This document shows, piece by piece, positions 47,666 to 54,409 of a stretch of 54,409 bases of DNA (the stretch's first letter is position 1; every line of letters begins with the position of its first letter). The notes below the pieces were generated by a model. It was not told the DNA's origin. It did no database searches and saw nothing but the letters and a program-made list of their open reading frames with translations. The position numbers and the translations under genes are program-made. The stretch lies in sequence record DRR723986_2294. One strand, written 5' to 3'.

Positions 47666-49255
47666 TCAGGAGGCCATGTTTTTTTGTCGTCGTCGCTGAA
47701 CAGAGGAAGAAATCTTCATGGCTTCCCGGTATTTTGCCACCGTACGCCGTGCAATATCCATCCCTTCGGCTTTCATCAACACAACAAGCTTGTCATCGGA
47801 TAAAATTTTCTTTGGGTCTTCTGCATCGATCAGTTCTTTCAATCGATATTTTACTGATTCAGCCGAATGTGCATCGCCGCCATTTGCAGCAGAAATGGAA
47901 GAGGTGAAAAAATACTTCAGCTCGAACATGCCGCGTGGGCATGAAAGAAATTTATTATTGGTGACGCGGGATACCGTCGATTCGTGCATTTCAATTTCTT
48001 CAGCAATATCTTTCAGCGTTAAAGGTTTTAGGTAGCGCACGCCGTGTTCGAAAAAAGCTTGCTGAGTTTTGACCAGTGCGGTGGCTACTTTTAAAATGGT
48101 GCGCGCCCGTTGGTCTAATGCCTTTACTAGCCAGTTGGCGTTGGACATACAGTCGGAGACAAATGCCTTTGCTTCTTTATCGTCGTCCAGTCCGCTCAGT
48201 TCTGTCACATACTGTGAGTTGACCAGTACCTTGGGCAATGTGTCTGTGTTTAGTTCAACAACCCAAGTCCCGGCGGGGCTTTTTTGAATGAAAATATCAG
48301 GCACCACAGGCTGAACGGCTTGCCCGCCATGTGCCAGGCCGGGCTTTGGGTTAAGCGCGCGAATTTCATGGATCATGTCCGTCAGGTCTTCCTGATCAAT
48401 GCCGCACAGTTTTTTTAGGGTAGAAAGTTCACGCTTCGCTAGCAGTTCCAGATTTTCCACAAGGGCCTGCATCGCGGGATCGTAGCGGTCCTGGTCTTTT
48501 AACTGAATAGCAAGGCACTCTGCCAAGCTGCGGGCAAATACGCCTGATGGCTCTAACGTTTGCAACGAGGAAAATATGCGACCAACCGATGCGTCTGATG
48601 CGCCCAGTCTTTCAGCAACATCCTCAATGATCGTTGGCGGTACATAGCCCGCTTCATCGACAGCATCTATTATATAGGTGGCAACAAGCCTTTCTGCAGC
48701 ACCGTCGAATAAAACAACCATCTGCCTTGCCAGATAATCATGCAGATTCTCTTCGCCTTCCAGTGTTTGGTCTAGTCCGCGGTCGTCATAAACGCCGCCA
48801 CCTCCCTTGATGGTGCCGCCGCCTTCATAGGTTAGGCCGGATGACAGCCCGCCACTGGCATCTGCCCTATCTGGTGCAGCATCATTATTATAAATGTTTG
48901 TATCCATGTTGGTATCTAGCGCAGAATCTGCAGAGCTGGAGGTATCCAACCCACTTTCCATACTACGATCAGATGCAATCATACCGGTGTCGCCGCTCTC
49001 GCCGTCACTATCCGAGCCGCTATTTTTCTCACGAATTTCATCTGCAGTATGTGTGCCGCCGTGCTCACCGCCCTCTGCAGGGCCACCTGTGTCAGCTTCA
49101 CCCACTTCGAGAAAAGGGTTTTTCTCTACCTCTGTGGTGACATAGTCAGCTAGATCCAGATTAGACAATTGGAGCAGTTTGATCGCCTGCTGTAATTGCG
49201 GCGTCATCACCAGCTGTTGGCTTTGCCTTAAATCTAACCTAGGGCCAAGTGCCAT
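47666..49255 (-). CDS. rpoN: RNA polymerase sigma-54 factor
   Basis: LVMTPQLQQAIKLLQLS, MHESTVSRV, RpoN box ARRTVAKYRE. Confidence 0.99.
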   Translation of the reverse strand: MALGPRLDLRQSQQLVMTPQLQQAIKLLQLSNLDLADYVTTEVEKNPFLEVGEADTGGPAEGGEHGGTHTADEIREKNSGSDSDGESGDTGMIASDRSMESGLDTSSSADSALDTNMDTNIYNNDAAPDRADASGGLSSGLTYEGGGTIKGGGGVYDDRGLDQTLEGEENLHDYLARQMVVLFDGAAERLVATYIIDAVDEAGYVPPTIIEDVAERLGASDASVGRIFSSLQTLEPSGVFARSLAECLAIQLKDQDRYDPAMQALVENLELLAKRELSTLKKLCGIDQEDLTDMIHEIRALNPKPGLAHGGQAVQPVVPDIFIQKSPAGTWVVELNTDTLPKVLVNSQYVTELSGLDDDKEAKAFVSDCMSNANWLVKALDQRARTILKVATALVKTQQAFFEHGVRYLKPLTLKDIAEEIEMHESTVSRVTNNKFLSCPRGMFELKYFFTSSISAANGGDAHSAESVKYRLKELIDAEDPKKILSDDKLVVLMKAEGMDIARRTVAKYREAMKISSSVQRRRQKNMAS

Positions 49256-49266
49256 CGCGTTGCTCG

Positions 49267-50037
49267 CTATAAACTGAAGCTGTCGCCGAGATATACCCGG
49301 CGCACTTCTTCGCTACCCAGAACCTCTTCCGCGTTGCCTTCAAACAGAACATGTCCATCATAAATGATGAAGGCGCGGTCGATGATATCCAGAGTTTCGC
49401 GTACATTATGGTCGGTGATTAAAACGCCAATGCCGCGGTCTTTCAAATGCGCGGTCAACTCGCGAATGTCTGCAATTGCGATGGGGTCAATGCCTGCAAA
49501 TGGCTCATCAAGCAGCACAAACTTTGGCCGTGCCGCTAGAGCCCGTGCAATTTCACAGCGCCGCCGCTCTCCACCAGACAGGGCCAGGGCCGGGGTGTTG
49601 CGCAGATGGGTGATTGAAAACTCGTCCAGAAGCTCATCAAGCATGGCATTTCTAAGCGCGCGATCTGGCTCAACAACTTCCAGAACTGCCCGGATATTTT
49701 CTTCAACCGTCATGCCGCGGAAAATAGACGTTTCCTGCGGCAAATAGCCAATGCCAAGCCGGGCGCGCCGATACATGGGCATGTGCGTGATGTCTTCACC
49801 GTCCAGTTCAACCCTGCCATGGTCCGGCGCAATCAGGCCAGTGATGCTATAAAAACATGTGGTTTTACCAGCACCGTTTGGCCCGAGTAAGCCAACAACT
49901 TCACCGCGGTGAACCGTCAGCGAGATATCGCGCAAGACGGGCCGACCATTATAGGATTTACCAATACCCTGCACGTTTAGACCGTCAGAGGGGTCTGCCG
50001 TGGCGGGTTTCCTGTTTAGCTGCTGTTCTGCAGTCAT
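49267..50037 (-). CDS. lptB: LPS export ABC transporter ATP-binding protein
   Basis: GPNGAGKTT, YLPQETSIFR, LSGGERRR, LLDEPFAGIDP, ITDHNVRETL. Confidence 0.97.
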   Translation of the reverse strand: MTAEQQLNRKPATADPSDGLNVQGIGKSYNGRPVLRDISLTVHRGEVVGLLGPNGAGKTTCFYSITGLIAPDHGRVELDGEDITHMPMYRRARLGIGYLPQETSIFRGMTVEENIRAVLEVVEPDRALRNAMLDELLDEFSITHLRNTPALALSGGERRRCEIARALAARPKFVLLDEPFAGIDPIAIADIRELTAHLKDRGIGVLITDHNVRETLDIIDRAFIIYDGHVLFEGNAEEVLGSEEVRRVYLGDSFSL

Positions 50038-50123
50038 ATCTGTCTCGAATCATTCCGGTTGTGGTTGATATTTTTTTATTTTATCGCGCTTCGGTCTCTT
50101 GTGCACCGTAAGCAAGCCACATC

Positions 50124-50140
50124 TTGGCTCAATTTGTGCA
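50124..50140 (+). promoter_or_regulatory. Sigma54 -24/-12 site oriented opposite to lptB-rpoN
   Basis: TTGGCTCAATTTGTGCA has the correct GG-N10-GC spacing and 2 mismatches to TGGCAC-N5-TTGCW. A minus-strand TTGACA lies at 50152-50147. Confidence 0.55.
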
Positions 50141-50241
50141 TGCAATTGTCAATAAATCATGAACGCCTGACGCTTTCCAGCGAAATAAAACAAAATATCC
50201 TGTAAAATCAGGTATTTTAGGCGGTATACTGCAGAAAAATA

Positions 50242-50805
50242 TCAGTCAGGCTTGGGCGGATTTGGTACGCTGAAGCTGCCACGCACGCGCCCATTTTCAG
50301 AGGCTGTGTTCTCCCCGTCCAGCTTAGCAAGGCCCGATACAAGGTCAAACTCCAGCCGTGAGCCGGTTAGCTCAGACGTGCCTTGTTTGAAGACAACAGT
50401 CCCACCCACAGTGATCAATTGGCGGTCTACATCGTAAATACCCCAGTCACCGGTCAGCCTTTCACTGTCGGACAGGAGTTCAAACTGCCCTTGTGCATCT
50501 AAGCGGGAAATTGAGGGATCGCCCTCGGTATCGCTTTGGTCATAAAATACCGTGATCGTTCTGGAGCGCAGGGTAAGCTTGCCCTGTAAAACTTGAACAG
50601 CGCCGGTGAAAATAGCGCGCCCTTGTTTTTGTTGCATCTCAAGTCGTTCGGCAGAAATGTCGATGGGTTGGTAGGTGTCATGATCCTTCAGTACAGACTG
50701 ACCGGTGGCAGGTGCTGTTATAGCCAAAAGCCAAACCATTGCTGCCATAGCGGCCACCATGGGCATGGATCGTGTAAGGATTAGCCGCTGAGAAGGTGCT
50801 GTCAT
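50242..50805 (-). CDS. lptA: LptA/OstA-family periplasmic LPS transport protein
   Basis: Signal peptide, PIDISAERLE, FTGAVQVLQG, GRVRGSF; lies between lptC and lptB. Confidence 0.9.
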   Translation of the reverse strand: MTAPSQRLILTRSMPMVAAMAAMVWLLAITAPATGQSVLKDHDTYQPIDISAERLEMQQKQGRAIFTGAVQVLQGKLTLRSRTITVFYDQSDTEGDPSISRLDAQGQFELLSDSERLTGDWGIYDVDRQLITVGGTVVFKQGTSELTGSRLEFDLVSGLAKLDGENTASENGRVRGSFSVPNPPKPD

Positions 50806-50807
50806 GG

Positions 50808-51539
50808 TTATCTCCCGGTTGTCGGTTCGCTTGTCTGGTTACTGCCAGACCTTTTGGTGCTATTGGGGCGTTTCGGTATAATATGTAGGGAAACGCCGCC
50901 TTCAAACACAGCTTCTTTTTCTTTCACGTTCAAACTCATTCGGGCTGCTTTCAGCTCGCCCAGGTCTGAGCGGCCTGTAACATCGCCCTGCCCGGTGGCA
51001 GACCGTGCCCGCAAGTCAATTTCGGCCCCCGCCATTTGCAGTGTATAGCCGTTGCCGGTTTCCAGGTTTACGCCGCCTATAAGTGACAGGCTATTATTTC
51101 TTGTACGAAAAATACCGGTGCGCGCATCAACGGTGGCTAACTGCCCTTCGTCCAATTCCATTTCGGCGGTAATGTCGGTTAGTCTAACGCGCGGCGCATT
51201 GGGGTTGTCTTGTTCTCCGGCGTTGGCGTGAATGCGAAATAGCCGGTCTTTGGCGTCTGTGCCAACATAATTCATGTTGGTCATTCTGATCACCCCGTCA
51301 GATCGGGCCACATCATCTTTTGATAAGGTAAAGCTTACTTCCGCATCATTCAGAAATGGCCAACCTATTGTGATAGTACCCAGTATTAGCGCGCTGATCG
51401 GTAGAACAATTTGCATAAGGCGAATGAAACCGTCCCAGTTGGTTCGGCTCCGGCCATTGGTTGCAGGCCGAAGAGCTGCAACCGCAACTTCGCGCGCTAA
51501 CTCTTGGCTTTGATAATGATCTTTAACCTGTGAACTCAA
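50808..51539 (-). CDS. lptC: LPS export periplasmic protein LptC
   Basis: Single N-terminal TM, YVGTDAKDRLFRIHA, beta-jellyroll-like repeats, FEGGVSL; operon position. Confidence 0.85.
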   Translation of the reverse strand: MSSQVKDHYQSQELAREVAVAALRPATNGRSRTNWDGFIRLMQIVLPISALILGTITIGWPFLNDAEVSFTLSKDDVARSDGVIRMTNMNYVGTDAKDRLFRIHANAGEQDNPNAPRVRLTDITAEMELDEGQLATVDARTGIFRTRNNSLSLIGGVNLETGNGYTLQMAGAEIDLRARSATGQGDVTGRSDLGELKAARMSLNVKEKEAVFEGGVSLHIIPKRPNSTKRSGSNQTSEPTTGR

Positions 51540-51581
51540 ACCAATTGTCCTTTGGGCTGCATAGCAATTCAGGGTGCCAAT

Positions 51582-52193
51582 TTAGTGCGAGAAAATGTCC
51601 ATCTCGTAGAAACCCGCCAAATCCATATCAGCGCGTGTAGCCAAAAAGGCAAAAGCGGCTGCCGCCATTTCTGCGCGGCCTTCACGGGCCAGCATTGCAT
51701 CAAGTTTTTCCATCAGGGTGTGCAAATATAAAACATCAGAAGCAGCATACATTTGCTGCGCATCGCTAATCTCATCAGCGCCCCAATCACTGGACTGTTG
51801 CTGCTTGTCGAGCATCACCCCAGCCAGTTCTGCACACAGGTCTTTCAGGCCGTGGCGGTCTGTGTAGGTGCGCACCAGCTTGGAAGCAATTTTGGTGCAA
51901 TATATTGGTGCCGTATCAATGCCCAGATAGTGCTTCATCACGGCCACATCAAAGCGGGCAAAATGAAATATTTTCAGCACGTCTGGGTCGGTCATTAATT
52001 TTTTCAGGTTCGGTGCGTCATATGCGCCTTGTTTGAAGCGTACTAAATGCGCATTGCCATCGCCGGATGAAAGCTGCACAACACATAGGCGGTCTCGGTG
52101 CGGGTTAAGCCCCATGGTTTCACTGTCCACAGCTACGCTTGCGCCGAACGAAACATCTGCGGGCAAGTCACCTTCGTAAAAATATATAGCCAT
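51582..52193 (-). CDS. rnd: Ribonuclease D-like 3'-5' exonuclease (short form)
   Basis: AVDSETMGL, RDRLCVVQLS, FHFARFD, CTKIASKLVRTYTDRHGL, QSSDWG, YAASDV. Confidence 0.92.
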   Translation of the reverse strand: MAIYFYEGDLPADVSFGASVAVDSETMGLNPHRDRLCVVQLSSGDGNAHLVRFKQGAYDAPNLKKLMTDPDVLKIFHFARFDVAVMKHYLGIDTAPIYCTKIASKLVRTYTDRHGLKDLCAELAGVMLDKQQQSSDWGADEISDAQQMYAASDVLYLHTLMEKLDAMLAREGRAEMAAAAFAFLATRADMDLAGFYEMDIFSH

Positions 52194-52421
52194 TGTGCGG
52201 CAATCCTTAGCATTTGAATTTTCGCCATTATAGAGAAGGATATGGCAGAATAAAGGGCGGTTCGTCTTTCTTTCTTTTGCGGCCCCTCCAGTATTGTTCT
52301 GGCGATGCTATAATAGGTGAATTGGCGGCATGCATTTTTGTTTGTTTGGTTTTAGGAATGACCGACCTACCTAAAGATAATGCAGCGCTGATTTACCGAA
52401 TATTTTAAGTGAGAACGAGGC

Positions 52422-53219
52422 ATGTCTATCGTGGGTACCCTTGAAGAAATTATGAACAGCTTGGCTGAACGCCAAGGCAAAAGCGCCGTTGTGTCGCCGG
52501 GCTGGGCGCAAGGCCGCGCGGCCTTCGGCGGGCTTGTAGGTGCTTTGGCGGCAGAGGCCATGGTGAAGCAGTTGGCTGTGCCGCGCCCTATCAGATCGTT
52601 TCTTGGAAACTTTGTCGCCCCCGCCCCTGAAGGTGAATTAGATATTCAGTCTTCAATTTTGCGCGAAGGCCGTGCCGTGGTGCAAACCCGCGCTGATGTG
52701 TTCGCAGGTGATCAGGTTTGCTTTACCGCTACAGCAGCCTTCGGCGATGATCGCCCCGGTGTTTTGGTTGCGCCTGAAAAAGCCGGTGACATTCCTGCCC
52801 GTGATAGTGTGGCGGCCATGCAGTCTGGTGACAGGCCATTGCCGAGTTTTCTGAATAATTTTGATATCCACTGGACTGGCGGCGGCGTGCCTATGAGCGG
52901 GAGTAAAGACCGTCACACATCTATGTGGGTGCGTAATCGGTGCAATATGGACGCATTTCCTATTGCCAAAATTATCAGTGTGGCAGACATGCCGCCGCCT
53001 ATTGTTTTAAGCCACTATAATAAACTGGTGCGGGCCAGCACCATGAGTTGGTCTATTGAATTTGCCGTGCCGCCGGAACAGGTTGAGGGCGATTGGTTCT
53101 ATCTGGACTTTCAATTGGACGCAGCCGCGAACGGCTATTCGCAGCAAAGTGGTAAAATTTTCGATGAAACTGGCGCGCTGGTTGCACTTTCGCGCCAATG
53201 TATGGTCTATTTTGAATAG
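52422..53219 (+). CDS. Acyl-CoA thioesterase, TesB-like double hotdog fold
   Basis: WAQGRAAFGGL, LREGR, ADMPPP, STMSWSIEF, GYSQQ, ALSRQ. Confidence 0.88.
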   Translation: MSIVGTLEEIMNSLAERQGKSAVVSPGWAQGRAAFGGLVGALAAEAMVKQLAVPRPIRSFLGNFVAPAPEGELDIQSSILREGRAVVQTRADVFAGDQVCFTATAAFGDDRPGVLVAPEKAGDIPARDSVAAMQSGDRPLPSFLNNFDIHWTGGGVPMSGSKDRHTSMWVRNRCNMDAFPIAKIISVADMPPPIVLSHYNKLVRASTMSWSIEFAVPPEQVEGDWFYLDFQLDAAANGYSQQSGKIFDETGALVALSRQCMVYFE

Positions 53220-53311
53220 ATCTATTTGTCAGGGCTGTATTATGCAGCAATGACTAAACCCTATGGGCCTGACTTTGGAGCGTCCATTATAGTTTTAAGA
53301 GGTGATACCCT

Positions 53312-53692
53312 ATGTTTAGCCATATTATGATCGGTGCCAACGATGTTGCGGAATCGAAGAAGTTTTATGATGCTCTTATGGAGGCGCTTGGTCATCGGCC
53401 CGGCGTTATAGACGAAAAAGGCCGTTGTTTTTACTATGAAAAAACTGGCATTTTCTCGCTGAGCAAACCCATTGACGGCCAGCCAGCGTCCTGCGGTAAT
53501 GGCAGCACAATCGGCTTTGCAGCCGACAGCCCGGAGCAGGCAGATGCATGGCATGCCGCGGGCTTGGCAAATGGCGGTAAGGCCATTGAAGACCCACCCG
53601 GTGTGCGCGGCAACGACACGACCAAAATGTATTTGGCGTACTTGCGCGATCCGTCAGGCAACAAAATCTGTGCTTTGCATTTAATGAAGTAG
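53312..53692 (+). CDS. VOC (glyoxalase/bleomycin resistance) family protein
   Basis: MFSHIMIGAND, GNGSTIGF, EDPPGVR, YLAYLRDPSGNKICA. Confidence 0.93.
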   Translation: MFSHIMIGANDVAESKKFYDALMEALGHRPGVIDEKGRCFYYEKTGIFSLSKPIDGQPASCGNGSTIGFAADSPEQADAWHAAGLANGGKAIEDPPGVRGNDTTKMYLAYLRDPSGNKICALHLMK

Positions 53693-53734
53693 GCAAGTTT
53701 TCTAGTGTAGAAAACGCTATGTAAGGAGACCGAA

Positions 53735-54379
53735 GTGACTGGGGTAATCGATTATTATTTCTCTTTCCGTAGTCCCTATAGCTACCTCTCTACGCCGGGT
53801 GCACTTAAGGTTATCGAAGACTATGACGTTAAGCTCAGGTTTCGCCCGGTTTTGCCGCTTGCGTTAAGAAAGCCGGAATTTTTCAGCGGCGCTTCGAATC
53901 AGGCTAAAGTGCGATATATACTTCATGATTGGGCGCGCCGGGCAGAAATGTTGGGCATGCCGCATGCTTGGCCACACCCTGACCCTATTGTTCAAGATCA
54001 AGAAACTTTTGAAATTGCTGTCGAACAACCGCATATCTACAAACTTGTTTACATGGGCATCGAAGCAGAACGCCGAGGTCGGGGCGTACAGTTTGCTGCT
54101 TCGGTTTCTCATAGTATTTGGGGTGGCACGGCAAACTGGAACAGTGATGAAAATATGGACAAAACAACCAGTGCGGCAGGCTTGAATTACCAAGACATGA
54201 TGGACGCTATAGCGGACCCTGCGTCCCATCATGCTGAGATGGAGAAAAATCAAAACGATCAATTTGAAGCAGGCCACGAGGGCGTGCCGCTTTTTGTCTT
54301 GAACGGTGAGCCTTTTTTTGGCCAAGACCGCATAGACAGTCTTCGTTTTCAACTTGAGAAGGATGATTTGCGAAGGTAA
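53735..54379 (+). CDS. 2-hydroxychromene-2-carboxylate isomerase / kappa-GST (DsbA-like) family
   Basis: DYYFSFRSPYSYL, GVPLF...FFGQDRI; GTG start after an AAGGAG RBS. Confidence 0.9.
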   Translation: MTGVIDYYFSFRSPYSYLSTPGALKVIEDYDVKLRFRPVLPLALRKPEFFSGASNQAKVRYILHDWARRAEMLGMPHAWPHPDPIVQDQETFEIAVEQPHIYKLVYMGIEAERRGRGVQFAASVSHSIWGGTANWNSDENMDKTTSAAGLNYQDMMDAIADPASHHAEMEKNQNDQFEAGHEGVPLFVLNGEPFFGQDRIDSLRFQLEKDDLRR

Positions 54380-54409
54380 TGGTGCCCAGAAGAGGACTCG
54401 AACCTCCAC
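54380..54409 (-). tRNA. 3' part of a tRNA, probably tRNA-Leu (truncated by window end; anticodon not visible)
   Basis: Minus strand reads GTGGAGGTTCGAGTCCTCTTCTGGGCACCA: T-arm, acceptor 3' strand, A discriminator and CCA. It resembles alphaproteobacterial tRNA-Leu. Confidence 0.85.

Noticed and set aside
48780-49110. Long acidic Gly/Ser/Asp-rich segment in RpoN; similar acidic extensions in MutS and GrpE
   Set aside because: RpoN region II and these N-termini are known to be variable and low-complexity.
51563-51580. Minus-strand TTGGCAC-CCTGAA-TTGCT upstream of lptC, resembling a sigma54 promoter
   Set aside because: GG-to-GC spacing is 11 nt, and sigma54 needs exactly 10. It would only be valid if there were a one-base sequence error.
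1-54409. Mobile elements, prophage genes, CRISPR arrays, rRNA
   Set aside because: No integrase, transposase, phage structural gene, regularly spaced repeat or rRNA-like sequence was seen.

Overview
Chromosomal backbone of an alphaproteobacterium of roughly 50% GC, judged by eye. The assignment rests on a class I LysRS and on the gene orders hrcA-grpE, metZ-apaG, DUF952-pyrD, mutS-glnD-murJ-trpS, def-fmt-truA and rnd-lptCAB-rpoN-hpf-ptsN. The window holds about 51 CDS and two tRNAs: a complete Gly-CCC and the 3' part of a probable Leu at the window end. I saw no integrase, transposase, phage gene or CRISPR array. Features that stand out: (1) a Vibrio LuxO-like sigma54 activator with a perfect LuxO box (TTGCA-ATA-TGCAA) and a second near-box in its upstream region, divergent from a PilZ gene, with no qrr or luxU nearby. 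(2) A coupled Ddl-like ligase / alpha-beta hydrolase / membrane-anchored MurF-like cassette outside any dcw cluster. (3) A GlxA-type regulator and a Lys-less cytochrome P460-fold protein inserted between fmt and truA. (4) Several readable cis-elements: a back-to-back ECF promoter pair at a fasciclin gene, an inverted sigma54 site ahead of lptB-rpoN, and TGA-N8-TGA / GAAC-N7-GAAC repeats ahead of a lipoprotein. All family calls come from motif recognition by eye; no database searches were run.
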